Notes: generated by a model not told the origin, from the sequence alone. Counted from the first letter of the stretch, positions 15,503-25,525 are shown. The stretch: 29,687 bases of DNA from Verrucomicrobiota bacterium (GCA_039798785.1 JBDKFG010000063.1:1-29687), one strand, 5' to 3'. Made by a program: numbers and translations.

Positions 15503-16948
15503 CTATGGGAGACGCAAGACATCGCCTTCCTGGACACCGCTGGCGAAGTAGAAATCGAGTTCGTCGACGGGGTAGCCTTTGACTTCGACTTCCTCCCAGC
15601 CGACGGCGGCGCGGCGCCGGACCCTCCATCCTTCTTCGCTGGAGCCTTCGACGGCGGCTCGGGAGGCGAGGAGGCGTGGGCGGGGCGGATCGACGACGAC
15701 TTCGCAGTCTGCGGTCATGCCTGGGCGGAGCTCGAGGGGCATGTCGCGCAGCTTGAGTTCGACGGAGTGGAGGGAGACGCCGGTTTCGGCGCCTTCGCTG
15801 CCGGGCTGATAGAAGTTGCGGTCCTGGCCGGCCTGGCCGACGCGTTCGACTTCGGCCTTGAGGCGGAGACCGGGCAAGGCCGGCAGGGTGATGGTGGCGG
15901 TCTGGCCGGCGACGAGGCGGACAAGATCGACTTCGTTGACCAGGATTTCGACCCGGAGGCGCCCCGGCTCGACCACCGTGCCGATGACGTCGGACTGTTC
16001 CACCGGGGCGCCGGGGGCGTAGCGGCTGATCTGGCCGCCGTTCTGCCAGTCGCGGAAGGTGCGGAGGGAGACATGGCCGGCGGCGGGAGCGAAGACCTCG
16101 CCCTGGGCGGCGAGGCGGCGGCCGTTTTCGAGCTCCGCCTCGGCGACGGCGACGGCCTTCCTGGCGGCGTCGAGCGCCTGGCTGATTTCGGCGATGCGGC
16201 GCTGCCGCGACTTGCCGGCGCGTTCAAGCTCGGCCTCGGCGCGTTCCAGGGCGGTGCGCAGCTGGGCGCGGCGTTCCTCGGTCGGCCCCTTCTTGGCGAT
16301 GTCGATGCGGAGCCCGGCTTCGATCCAGGCTTCGCGGGCCGCCTCTTCGCGGCGGAGGAAAGGGGCAAGGCCGAGCTCGGAGAGGAAGCCCGCCTCCATC
16401 AGGCGCTGCTGACGTTCGCGTTCCGCCACCGCCTCGCGATGGCTGGTGGCGCTGAGTTCGCGCTCGATCTCGAGCAGCTTCAGCTCCTCGGCGTCGGGCC
16501 GCGCCAGGACGGCGTCCTGCTCGATGCGGGCGGCACGGGCCCGGGCGACGCGAAGCTCGGACTCGTTGCGCGTCTCCTGGTCGACGACCTCGTATTCGCG
16601 CTCCTTGTTCTGCAGCTCGGTCTTTTTCGCCGCCACCTCGTTCTCCAGCTTCGGCAGCTTGGCCAGCTCTTCGCTGACGTCGACCAGGGCGACGATCTCT
16701 CCTTTGGGCACCAGGCTGCCATGGTCGCGGATCATCTTCAGGCTGCCGCTGCAGCGGACCTGCAAGGGATGGGACTGGACCGGCGCGAGGCGGCCGCGCT
16801 CGAGGAGAATCCGTCCCCGCGATTCCAGGCGCACCTCGACGCTCCTTTCCGACCCCTGGCGGCGTCCGAACAGGGCGAGAGCCAGGAGAAGCAGAAGCAG
16901 GCCGGCGAGTAGCAGCCAGCGGCGAGAGGGAAGTTTCGTCAGGATCAT
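15503..16948 (-). CDS. Efflux transporter periplasmic adaptor (HlyD/MFP family)
   Basis: N-terminal TM, lipoyl half-motifs (HGSLVPKGEIVA; VFAPAAGHV), a long coiled coil, VNEVDL, GQTATITL.ALP and LRPGMTA. Start at 16948 preferred. Confidence 0.85.
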   Translation of the reverse strand: MILTKLPSRRWLLLAGLLLLLLALALFGRRQGSERSVEVRLESRGRILLERGRLAPVQSHPLQVRCSGSLKMIRDHGSLVPKGEIVALVDVSEELAKLPKLENEVAAKKTELQNKEREYEVVDQETRNESELRVARARAARIEQDAVLARPDAEELKLLEIERELSATSHREAVAERERQQRLMEAGFLSELGLAPFLRREEAAREAWIEAGLRIDIAKKGPTEERRAQLRTALERAEAELERAGKSRQRRIAEISQALDAARKAVAVAEAELENGRRLAAQGEVFAPAAGHVSLRTFRDWQNGGQISRYAPGAPVEQSDVIGTVVEPGRLRVEILVNEVDLVRLVAGQTATITLPALPGLRLKAEVERVGQAGQDRNFYQPGSEGAETGVSLHSVELKLRDMPLELRPGMTADCEVVVDPPRPRLLASRAAVEGSSEEGWRVRRRAAVGWEEVEVKGYPVDELDFYFASGVQEGDVLRLP

Positions 16949-17092
16949 CTCGGCACAATCTCCGGAAAGTCGTTCGGACAGCGGCGCGGTCGCGGTGTTG
17001 CCGGCGGACGGTGATTTTGGCGCGGCAGCTGCACAATGACTCTCAAGCCCTGAAAAACCTCCCCGAAACACCTGAAAGCGGAAAGAAAAGCC

Positions 17093-17533
17093 ATGATCAA
17101 ACTACTCAGTGAGGAAATCTTTTTCCTGGACGTCCTGCCGCGGCTGCCGCCGGCGGCCCGCGATGAGCTCGAGGGACTTTTGGAAAGCTGCCCCGCGCCG
17201 GCCCGGCTGGAGCACTTTCTCTGCGAACACGAGGTCGATCTCTTCCTGCGCGATGCCGAGGGCGCGACCCTGCTGCACCGCCTGGCGGCGATGCCAGGCA
17301 GCGGCAGCCCCGCGGCCCTGATCCGCCACGGTCTCGATCCCGAAGCCCGCGATCTGCAAGGGCGCAGCCCCCTGCACCTGGCGGCGGCGCAAGGTCGCCT
17401 GGCCTTCGTCTGCGAACTTCTCTCTCTCGGAGCCCGCCCCGACGCCCGCGACCGGGAAGGAAGAACTCCACTCGACCTGGCTGTCGAAGCGGAAGCCTAC
17501 GAGGTCGCAGCGAGACTCTGCCGGCGGCATTGA
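17093..17533 (+). CDS. Ankyrin repeat protein
   Basis: DAEGATLLH, DLQGRSPLHLAA and DREGRTPLDLA ankyrin motifs. Confidence 0.85.
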   Translation: MIKLLSEEIFFLDVLPRLPPAARDELEGLLESCPAPARLEHFLCEHEVDLFLRDAEGATLLHRLAAMPGSGSPAALIRHGLDPEARDLQGRSPLHLAAAQGRLAFVCELLSLGARPDARDREGRTPLDLAVEAEAYEVAARLCRRH

Positions 17534-17650
17534 TTGCCAATCGCTTACGAATTCCCCGGAAAGAAATACTTGCTTTCGACCGGGGCTCCGGCTATCTTGT
17601 CGCCATAGGCCTCGGACGCGGACAAGATCAACTCCCGTCACGCCTTTCCC

Positions 17651-19498
17651 ATGAGCCCCAGTCTTTTCCCGGTCCTGCTTCTCCTCCTCTCCCCTTCAGC
17701 ACCGCCCGCCCAGCCGCCTCCCGCGAAGGCCGTGCCGCAGTCCTCCGAAGCCGTCCTGCTGCAAGCCGCGAAGGCGCGGGCTGAACAGGGAGATCTGATC
17801 GGCGCCGCTAAGCTGCTCACACCGGCCGGCAGGCGTCAGGCCAGTCCCGCCTTACTGCAGCAGCGCCTGAAATATCTCCTGGCGGAAGAGAACCTCGTCT
17901 TCGCTCCCGCCCGCGAGGCCCTGAAGGCCGGCCGGCCCGATGCCGCCGAGCAGCTCCTCGCCCCGCTCTTCCGCGAGGAGTCGACGCTGAAGGCGACCCG
18001 CCGGATGATGGCCGAAGTCCGGGCCCAGCGCTCCGACCTCTTTCTCGCCGCCGGACGGCCGGCCCTCGCCTTGGCCTGGATGCAAGGGGCGAGCCAGCTC
18101 GATCCCGCTTATTCGGCGAAGGCCGAGGCGATCATGGGAGCTCTCGAGAACATCCTGCAGGAGCCGGTCCTGCTGGTCGTCCAGGACGCCTCGATGAACC
18201 AGCGCCTCGGCGGTGCCCTCGAAGCCCGCCTGAAAAAGCAGTCTCGCTACTACGGCATCCGCTTCTCCCTCGTCCCGGAGGACGGCCAGCGCCTCGCCGG
18301 CATCCAGATCCTCAAGCCCGAGCTGCGCGACCAGGAGCTCCGTCGTGCGCCGCAGCTCGCCCTCAAGCCGGGCGTCCGCAGCATCGGCAACGAGGATTTC
18401 GATCGCCTCCGCCGCGAACTGGAGACGGCGGAGAACGAACTGGTCGGTCTCATGATCCAGCGCCGCCGCTGCCAGCCCGCGGCGCCGGCCGCCCCCGCGG
18501 CGCCGGCTCCCTTGAAAAAAGCCTGCCTCTGGATCCCGATCAACGAGCTTCCCGCCCCCGCTTTCGGCTGGCCCGAGGTGATGCAGTCTCGAGGCAAGTC
18601 AGAGCCCCTGAAACCCCTAGATCCGGCCGACTTCCCGCCTCCCGGGCGGAACACCGAGCGGAATTCGCAGCCTCTCGAACCGAATGCCGCGCCGACAGCG
18701 GAAAGAAACGAACGGACGCCCCTCGTCCGGCGGCAAGCCGAGACCCTGCCTGAAATCATCGAGCCGAACCGCAACAACTCGCCCCAGGCCGATCAGGTCC
18801 GGCGCGGCGAAAGCGAAGGCGTCAGGCCCGGCGCGGCGAAAGTCGACAACCAGCGCGGCGCCGGCACCGTCACCCAAGGCACGACGCAGCCGGCGGAAGG
18901 ACCTTGGAACAAAAGGCGCCTGGAGCCGCGCAAGCATCCTGTCGTGCCGCCCCTGCCGGCACCGGACTGCCCTCCCGTCTCCTGCGAAGTCTATGACTGG
19001 ATGATCGCCGAACGGGAATGCGAGATCCGCCGCCTCCGCCTCGCCATCGCCCAGACTCCGGAAAATCTGCAGGTGCCCGACGACCAGCAATGGTCCTACC
19101 AGGTGATCACCAGCGAACGCAGCCTCGACGCCCATGCCTGGCTGCAAGTCGGCCCGAGGCGCGACCAGGTCAGCGCCGTCCATGAAGCCATCGATCAGAT
19201 GACCGACAAGCCCAATCCCGATTTCGCCGTCCCGCCCGACCCCTTGGTCCTGCCTGGCGAGGTCGAAATGACTGACAAGGTGGCGCCGCTGCTGGTCGCC
19301 CGGATCCTGGAGCGCCTGTCGCAAATGGCTTGGGAGCAGAGCCTGGCGGAGCTCAAGGCGGTGCCGCGCCCCGACGATGCGGTGGCGGCGCTCGAGCTGG
19401 ATCTGATGATCTCCTTCGCCCGGATGAGAAGCCAGAATCTCCAGCGTCCTCCGGTGGTCACCGCGGCGGATCTCGAGAAGCTGCCGAAACACCCCTGA
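17651..19498 (+). CDS. Secreted hypothetical protein with a TPR-like N-terminus and a Pro-rich insert
   Basis: Signal peptide, helical TPR-like repeats, a central low-complexity region and host-like codon usage. Confidence 0.75.
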   Translation: MSPSLFPVLLLLLSPSAPPAQPPPAKAVPQSSEAVLLQAAKARAEQGDLIGAAKLLTPAGRRQASPALLQQRLKYLLAEENLVFAPAREALKAGRPDAAEQLLAPLFREESTLKATRRMMAEVRAQRSDLFLAAGRPALALAWMQGASQLDPAYSAKAEAIMGALENILQEPVLLVVQDASMNQRLGGALEARLKKQSRYYGIRFSLVPEDGQRLAGIQILKPELRDQELRRAPQLALKPGVRSIGNEDFDRLRRELETAENELVGLMIQRRRCQPAAPAAPAAPAPLKKACLWIPINELPAPAFGWPEVMQSRGKSEPLKPLDPADFPPPGRNTERNSQPLEPNAAPTAERNERTPLVRRQAETLPEIIEPNRNNSPQADQVRRGESEGVRPGAAKVDNQRGAGTVTQGTTQPAEGPWNKRRLEPRKHPVVPPLPAPDCPPVSCEVYDWMIAERECEIRRLRLAIAQTPENLQVPDDQQWSYQVITSERSLDAHAWLQVGPRRDQVSAVHEAIDQMTDKPNPDFAVPPDPLVLPGEVEMTDKVAPLLVARILERLSQMAWEQSLAELKAVPRPDDAVAALELDLMISFARMRSQNLQRPPVVTAADLEKLPKHP

Positions 19499-19502
19499 AG
19501 AC

Positions 19503-19528
19503 GGCTGAGGCGCCGGCCCGCTTCAGCC
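19503..19528. terminator. Hairpin between convergent genes (possible bidirectional terminator)
   Basis: GGCTGAGGCG-N6-CGCTTCAGCC overlapping the lipA stop, with no U-tract. Confidence 0.4.
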
Positions 19529-20434
19529 CGGCAAGATGAGTCCCGAGCGGGCCTGTTCCTTCAGCTTGCCTTCGACCAGAGCGCCGGCCTTGTAGGAGCT
19601 GCGCACCATCGGTGCGGAGGCGACGGCGCCGAAGCCCATGGCCTCGCCGAGCGCCTTCCAGGACTCGAAGAGCTCGGGGCGAACGTAGCGCTTCAGCTTC
19701 CAGTGCTTGCGCGAAGGCGGCAGATATTGGCCGATGGTCAGGATGTCGACGCCGGCGTCGCGCAGATCGCGCATGCAATCGAGCACTTCCTCGTCGCTCT
19801 CCCCGAGGCCGACCATGATGCCGGACTTGGTCAGCACCGTGCCGCCGGAAAGACGCTTGGCGTCGGCGAGGACCTGCAGGCTGCGGCGGTAGCGGGCCCG
19901 GCCGCGGACCGGCGGCGTCAGGCGTTCGCAGGTCTCGAGGTTGTGGTTGAAGACGGTGGGGACCGAGTCGACCACCGTCTGGATGCATTCTAGGCGGCCG
20001 CTGAAGTCGGGGGTGAGGATCTCGATGCCGGCCTTGGGGAGGCGGGCGCGGAGGGCGCGCACGGTGGCGGCGAAGTGGGCGGCCCCTTCGTCCGGCAGGT
20101 CGTCGCGGGCGACGGAGGTGACGACGACATACTCCAGGCCCATGCGTTCGGCCGCTTCGGCGACGCGCTGCGGCTCTTCCGGGTCGAGGGTTTCGGGGCG
20201 GTCATAGCCGATGGCGCAGAATCGGCAGGCGCGGGTGCAGTTCTTGCCCATCAGCATGTAGGTGGCGCTGTGCTGGTGCCAGCATTCCGCCAGGTTCGGG
20301 CACTTGGCCTCTTCGCAGACGGTGTTGAGCTTGAGCTCGCCGAGAGCGGCGGCGGTCTCCTGGCGGCGGTGGCCGGTGTGGACCTTGACGCGCATCCACT
20401 CGGGCAGGCGCAGTTGATTGGCGTTTTCGTGCAT
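19523..20434 (-). CDS. lipA: Lipoyl synthase
   Basis: CEEAKCPNLAEC auxiliary-cluster motif, CTRACRFC radical SAM motif and C-terminal VRSSY. Confidence 0.97.
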   Translation of the reverse strand: MHENANQLRLPEWMRVKVHTGHRRQETAAALGELKLNTVCEEAKCPNLAECWHQHSATYMLMGKNCTRACRFCAIGYDRPETLDPEEPQRVAEAAERMGLEYVVVTSVARDDLPDEGAAHFAATVRALRARLPKAGIEILTPDFSGRLECIQTVVDSVPTVFNHNLETCERLTPPVRGRARYRRSLQVLADAKRLSGGTVLTKSGIMVGLGESDEEVLDCMRDLRDAGVDILTIGQYLPPSRKHWKLKRYVRPELFESWKALGEAMGFGAVASAPMVRSSYKAGALVEGKLKEQARSGLILPG

Positions 20435-20607
20435 GGCGGGGATTTCCTGGATTTATGACGGCGCCAAACATACGCGCCCCCGCCGCCGCGGCAATAGGCC
20501 CGGCAGCCGCAATCGGATTTCGTCACTGTCCGGCAGCCGGCGCGCCCGGCAAAAGCGCGGCGCCGGATTATATTGCCCCGCCTGCCACCCCAGCCCCGGA
20601 GCCTCAG

Positions 20608-21213
20608 ATGCGAATACTAGCTGCCACCGGCAACCGCCACAAGCTCAATGAGTTCCGCGCCCTTCTCGCGCCGCGGGGCTTCGTCGTCCTGGGAGCGGCG
20701 GACCTCGGCGGCCTGCCGCCGGTGGAGGAGGATGCCGGCAGCTTCGAGGGGAACGCCGCGAAAAAGGCCGTCGAGATCGCCAAGGCGACGGGCCTGGCCT
20801 GTTTCAGCGACGATTCGGGACTCGAGGTGGCCGCTCTCGGCGGCGCGCCCGGGATCTATTCCGCCCGCTTCGCAGGGCCCAAGGCGACCGACGACGACAA
20901 CCTGCAGCTGCTGCTGCGGCGTCTCGAAGGGGAAAAGGACCGCCGGGCCCGCTTCGTCTGCGTCATCGCCTGCGCCGACGCCCAGGGGCGTCTCGTCGGG
21001 ACGGCCCGGGGCGAATGTGCCGGCCGGATCAGCCTCGAAGCGCGCGGCGCCATCGGGTTCGGCTACGATCCGGTCTTCATCCCCGAGGGCGAGTCGCAAA
21101 CCTTCGCCGAACTGGGAGAAGAGGTGAAAAACCGCCTCTCGCACCGCCACGCCGCCCTGCAGGAATCCCTCCGTCTCGATCTTTGGCGGCAAGTTCGCGA
21201 CGCCACGCCTTGA
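20608..21213 (+). CDS. rdgB: Non-canonical purine NTP pyrophosphatase (RdgB/HAM1)
   Basis: ATGNRHKLNE, DDSGLEV.ALGGAPGIYSARF, GFGYDPVF and KNRLSHR motifs. Start at 20608. Confidence 0.95.
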   Translation: MRILAATGNRHKLNEFRALLAPRGFVVLGAADLGGLPPVEEDAGSFEGNAAKKAVEIAKATGLACFSDDSGLEVAALGGAPGIYSARFAGPKATDDDNLQLLLRRLEGEKDRRARFVCVIACADAQGRLVGTARGECAGRISLEARGAIGFGYDPVFIPEGESQTFAELGEEVKNRLSHRHAALQESLRLDLWRQVRDATP

Positions 21214-21239
21214 CGCGCCCCCCCAATCGATGCTAGAAT
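21210..21239 (+). promoter_or_regulatory. Putative sigma70 promoter for the kinase-like gene
   Basis: TTGACG-18 nt-TAGAAT with a TGn extension. The ATG is only 9 nt further on, so the mRNA would be nearly leaderless. Confidence 0.55.
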
Positions 21240-21248
21240 CGTGAATCC

Positions 21249-23294
21249 ATGAAATTCCGATGCCTCCACTGTCTCGCCTTGGTTTCCGTCGATGCGGAGG
21301 CTGGTGAAACCGTTGCCTGCGGGCAGTGCGGCCACATCAATCACGTCCCGGCCCTTTTCGCCCCCGGCTACGTCATCGGGGACTTCGCCATCATCGGCGA
21401 GATCGGCAACGGCCGACTGGCCAAGGTCTACCGGGCCCACCAGCTCACCCTGGCGCGCGACGTCGCCCTGAAGATCCTCTCGCCCGACCTCGCCGCCAAC
21501 AGCGACGCCATCCACGAATTCTTCCGCGAAGCCCGCGCCGCCGCCCGCCTCAACCATCCCAACATCGTCCAGTCCTACTCGGTCGGCGAAGACCATGGCT
21601 GCTACTTCCTGGTGGTCGAGTTCATCGACGGCCAGGACCTGAAGCGCCTGCTCCGCAAGGAAGGCCGGCTGCCGGCGGAATCCGCGCTCAACCTCCTGCA
21701 GCAGGTGGTCAGCGCCCTCGACGCCGCCCTGAAAGGTTCGCGACTGATCCATCAGAACATCAAGCCCGAGAACATCCTGGTCGCCCGCGACGGCCAGGCG
21801 AAACTTTCCGACATCGGCCTCGCCAACACCTCGCGCTACCGCGACACGCCGCTGCCGCCCTACTCCAGCCCCGAGCAGCTCCTCGGCAGCCCCGGCGACC
21901 ACCGTTCCGACATCTATTCGCTCGGCATCGTCTTCTACGAACTGATCACCGGCTCCGCCCCCTTCCAGGCCACCACCCTCGACGAGTCGCGCCGCCAGGC
22001 GCTCGAAGATCCGCCGCCCCTCGCGCATGAGCTGGTCAAGCGCATACCAGAACCGGTCGGGCGTCTGCTCGACAAGATGATCGCCAAACACCCCGACGAC
22101 CGCTACCGCGACTACCTCAGCCTGAGCGAGGATCTCCGCCTCGCCCGTGCCTCGGTGGCCCAGCAAGGCCAGCGCAGCCTGATGCGTCCACTCGGCAAGA
22201 TGCGAGCCCCGTCTCTGAGCGAGACCCCCGGCAAAGCCAGCAAGCGCAACCGCGACCTCTCCCTGCCGGTCCAGGGCACCCTCGCCGCCATCGCCGTCGC
22301 CATCGTCCTGGGCATCGCCCTGATGGTGCAAAAAGGCCAACGCCAGGCGCCCCCGCCGAAAGAAAGCCGCAGCGCCAATCGCGCCGGCGAAGAGCTCCTC
22401 GCCGAAGTTCGCAGCGCCATCCGCCAGCCCATCTCCGAGGCAAAGGCCGCCGAACTTCAGTCGCGCCTCGGCGCCTTCATCGCCGCCCATCCCTCCCTTG
22501 CCGTCGTCGACGAGCTGTCGGAAATCCGCGGCCACCTGATCGAAGCCCTAGTCTGCGCCGCCCGCCTCCGCGTCCTGCCGGCGGAAGAAGCTCCGGCGGC
22601 CACGGCCCCGCCCGACAAGCTTTCGTCCAGTCTCCCCCCCGACCGCCTCAAGCCTCTCCGCCAGCGACTCCTCCCCAGCTTCATCGCCTACACCAAGAGC
22701 CGCGACCACAAGCAATTGCTCCGGGAAGTCGGAAATCTCAACCAGAGCCCCGGCGACGACGCCCCCTGGTTCGCCTCGCTCAAAGGCGTCGTCCTCAACG
22801 CCGCCGAGGTTCAGAAGCTCTTCTCCGGCGCCGGCAAGCGTTTCGCCGGCCTGCGTCTCAGCTACGCCGACAGCGAAGCGCTGGTCCAGGCGCCCGGCCC
22901 CGAAGGCCTGACCATGACTCTCGAAAACGGCAGCACCGGCCTGCGCACATGGACCGGCCTGCGCCCCCACGAAACCCTCGCCCTCCTCGCCTCCCTCCGC
23001 CCCGCCGACCCGCGCAACGGCAGCGATGCCGCCGCCTGGCTCTTCTGCAACGGCTCCTTCGCTTGGGCGGCAAAAGCCCTCCGCGACACCGGAAGGGAAG
23101 ACAGTTTCCTGGCCAGTGAAAGCGTCGAATTCGCCCCTCTGGCGATGGAGTCGCTCCTCTCGGAGGCAGAAAGCGCCAAGGATCTTGATCTGGCGCGCCG
23201 CAAGCTGTGGATGCTCCGCAGCGGATACGAAGGCTTCCCCGGCTTCGACTCTCTCGCCTCCCGCCTGATCGAAGTCCGCCGCCGCCTCGAATGA
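21249..23294 (+). CDS. Hanks-type Ser/Thr kinase-like membrane protein (probable pseudokinase) with an N-terminal zinc ribbon
   Basis: CLHC-x15-CGQC, VALK, REA, HPNIV, HQNIKPEN, DIG, YSSPEQ and SDIYSLG, then one TM helix and a C-terminal domain. Confidence 0.9.
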   Translation: MKFRCLHCLALVSVDAEAGETVACGQCGHINHVPALFAPGYVIGDFAIIGEIGNGRLAKVYRAHQLTLARDVALKILSPDLAANSDAIHEFFREARAAARLNHPNIVQSYSVGEDHGCYFLVVEFIDGQDLKRLLRKEGRLPAESALNLLQQVVSALDAALKGSRLIHQNIKPENILVARDGQAKLSDIGLANTSRYRDTPLPPYSSPEQLLGSPGDHRSDIYSLGIVFYELITGSAPFQATTLDESRRQALEDPPPLAHELVKRIPEPVGRLLDKMIAKHPDDRYRDYLSLSEDLRLARASVAQQGQRSLMRPLGKMRAPSLSETPGKASKRNRDLSLPVQGTLAAIAVAIVLGIALMVQKGQRQAPPPKESRSANRAGEELLAEVRSAIRQPISEAKAAELQSRLGAFIAAHPSLAVVDELSEIRGHLIEALVCAARLRVLPAEEAPAATAPPDKLSSSLPPDRLKPLRQRLLPSFIAYTKSRDHKQLLREVGNLNQSPGDDAPWFASLKGVVLNAAEVQKLFSGAGKRFAGLRLSYADSEALVQAPGPEGLTMTLENGSTGLRTWTGLRPHETLALLASLRPADPRNGSDAAAWLFCNGSFAWAAKALRDTGREDSFLASESVEFAPLAMESLLSEAESAKDLDLARRKLWMLRSGYEGFPGFDSLASRLIEVRRRLE

Positions 23295-23310
23295 ACGGCG
23301 CCGGCGGAAG

Positions 23311-24024
23311 TCAGCGCCGCTTAGAACCGGGCGCCTGAGCACGAAGCTCGGCGGGCGGCATCCACACTGTCACCGGCAGACTCTTGCGGCCCCACTTCTT
23401 CGCCGCCTCATGGGTCGGGAAGAAAAGATCCAAAGACGCGCCCTGGATCGCTTCGCCACGGTCCTGGACAGTGCCGTAGCCATAGCCGTTGACATGCACC
23501 CTGGTGCCGAAAGGAAGAAGCTTGGCGTCAGCGGCGATGGTGCCGACGGCTGCCTTCTGACCCGATGCGGTGAAGCCGACGACTTTCGGCTTGCCTTTGT
23601 TGGGGCCGGAAGCGTAAACCGGCTTGCCCTTGGAGTTGCGGACCCAGCCGCAACAGATCGGACAGGCGCAATAGCCGGTGATGTTCATCTGGATCGTCCG
23701 CTTCTCCCAGTTCTCGCTCCCCGGCGGAGGAAGCACCTCCCCCAAGGCCTCGTTCAGCACTTCGAGATCGGGCTGGATGTCCTCCGGCTGATGAGGATCC
23801 TCATGGGCCGGACGCGGAAGCGGCGCCAGGCTGGTCAGCTCAGGCATGGCCGCAGGAGGCGGAAGCACCGACACCGCTGCGGCGGAAACCTGAGGCCGCG
23901 GTGCCGGCGGAGGAAGCAGGGTGATCCAATGCTGGGACTCGCGGCGATACTCGCCGGAACGACTCAAATCCGCGCAGCCGATCAGGCCCGCCGACAGACT
24001 CATCCCCACCAAAAACTTCGTCAT
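23311..24024 (-). CDS. 3D-domain (MltA-like) lipoprotein
   Basis: AGGAG RBS, lipobox LIGC, Pro-rich linker, and ITGYC, TASG, GTIAAD...PFGT, VQDRG.AI.G..LDLF motifs. Confidence 0.85.
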   Translation of the reverse strand: MTKFLVGMSLSAGLIGCADLSRSGEYRRESQHWITLLPPPAPRPQVSAAAVSVLPPPAAMPELTSLAPLPRPAHEDPHQPEDIQPDLEVLNEALGEVLPPPGSENWEKRTIQMNITGYCACPICCGWVRNSKGKPVYASGPNKGKPKVVGFTASGQKAAVGTIAADAKLLPFGTRVHVNGYGYGTVQDRGEAIQGASLDLFFPTHEAAKKWGRKSLPVTVWMPPAELRAQAPGSKRR

Positions 24025-24231
24025 GCCTCTCTCCTGTGTCTTCCGCCGCATCTCGCGGCCAGTCAATACGGCGCCTAAAATAGATGCTGTAACTCTTTTG
24101 TCCAACGCTGCTTAGAATGGCGTGACAGAGTCTCCCGAAGGGAGCTTTAGGGAAGCGAAGATTCGCCAGAACCGAAGTCACGCAGCAAGTAAAATGAAGC
24201 CTGTTTTAAAACAGCCTCTGGAATGCAGCCA

Positions 24232-24954
24232 TCAAGTCCGCAAGGAAACATCACCGCAACGGAAGACCTCTTCGCCTTGAGACGTCGTGAGGATCAAGGA
24301 CCCGAGTGCGTCGAAGCCGGCGACTGCGCCCCGGCGCAGCAGCTGTCCCTGGTCGAAGATCTCGACTTCGCGGCCGATCAGATCCAGGCGCCGGATCCAC
24401 TCCTGGCGAAGGAGCTCGCGGGCCGGCGGGGAGACCCGCCAGTTGACAAAGCTGGAACGGAGATCGGCGGCCAATTCGTCGAGAAGGCCTTCGCCATCAA
24501 GGACGGCTCCGAGCTCTTCCTCGATGCAAGTCACGGCCCGGCCTTCGATCCGCGGGGCGGATTTGAGGTTGAGGCCGACGCCGACGGCAAGACCTTCCAG
24601 GACGCCTCGACGCAGCACTCCTTCGATCAAGATGCCGCAGAGCTTGCCATTGCGCCCGAGCAGATCGTTCGGCCATTTCAACTGCAGCTGCACCCCACGA
24701 CTCTCGAGAGTCCTGGCGATCGACACCGAGGCCGGCCAGACCGCGCTCGGGACGAGCCGCGGATCGAGGTCTGGCGTCTTGACCAGGAGGGTGAAGGTCA
24801 AGCAGTCGCCCGGAGCCGCGATCCAGCTCCTCCCCTGGCGGCCGCGTCCCGCCGTCTGCTCCCGGGCGCTGACCAGGCACAGGTCCGGCAAGCTGTCAGC
24901 CTCGGTGAGGACGAAGGCGTTGGTTGAGTCGATGCGGTCGAGGCGGAGATGCAT
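24232..24954 (-). CDS. birA: Biotin--protein ligase (no N-terminal HTH)
   Basis: IDSTN, QTAGRGRQGRSW, LKWPNDL, KLCGILIE and GVGLN motifs. Confidence 0.95.
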   Translation of the reverse strand: MHLRLDRIDSTNAFVLTEADSLPDLCLVSAREQTAGRGRQGRSWIAAPGDCLTFTLLVKTPDLDPRLVPSAVWPASVSIARTLESRGVQLQLKWPNDLLGRNGKLCGILIEGVLRRGVLEGLAVGVGLNLKSAPRIEGRAVTCIEEELGAVLDGEGLLDELAADLRSSFVNWRVSPPARELLRQEWIRRLDLIGREVEIFDQGQLLRRGAVAGFDALGSLILTTSQGEEVFRCGDVSLRT

Positions 24955-25000
24955 GGCAAGGGTTTTTTAGGATTGCTGGGGTTTTCACAGAACTCTTGAA

Positions 25001-25516
25001 TCAATCCGCATCCGGGCGGATGAGCGGCATTCCACCGGGTCCGCCGAGGGTGATGGCGAGGCCGTAGTTGCGCTCGCGGAAGTCGGGCTCGAGAAGATGA
25101 ACTCCTTTGAGAAAATCGGCACAAGGAGGGACGCGGGTCATCTCGCCGATGCGGAGTCCCGCTTGGATGACCGCGGCGGCAAAGGCGTAGGGGACGTCTA
25201 CCGGCACCGGGGCGCCAGGGCGCTCGAAGATGGCGTTTGCGGCTTCCGCAGAGGGGAACATCATGATGAAGGCGTCCTTGATGCCGCGGCCGCAGAGATC
25301 AATGAGAAAGCTGCCGAAAAGGACCCGCTCGTCGAAATATCGGGCGATGGAGACATGGACGAGATGGAGGTTGTCCCGGGTGTCGAACCAGGCTTGGCTG
25401 ACGGTGCAACGCTGGAGCGGCAGCAGCCAGGCCTTGCCGAGAGCTTGGGCCTGGTCCTTGCGCCGCTGCTCAGCCTTCTTCTTCTGCTCTTGTTCACGGT
25501 TGAGTTTTTTGGCCAT
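25001..25516 (-). CDS. Conserved hypothetical protein (171 aa)
   Basis: GAGG RBS, basic N-terminus, FLIDLCGRGIKDAF motif. Co-oriented between yihY and birA. Confidence 0.75.
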   Translation of the reverse strand: MAKKLNREQEQKKKAEQRRKDQAQALGKAWLLPLQRCTVSQAWFDTRDNLHLVHVSIARYFDERVLFGSFLIDLCGRGIKDAFIMMFPSAEAANAIFERPGAPVPVDVPYAFAAAVIQAGLRIGEMTRVPPCADFLKGVHLLEPDFRERNYGLAITLGGPGGMPLIRPDAD

Positions 25517-25525
25517 GGGATCACC

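Noticed and set aside
19523..24954. lipA and birA proximity as a dedicated cofactor-attachment system
   Set aside because: They are separated by unrelated genes in different orientations, an ordinary housekeeping neighbourhood.
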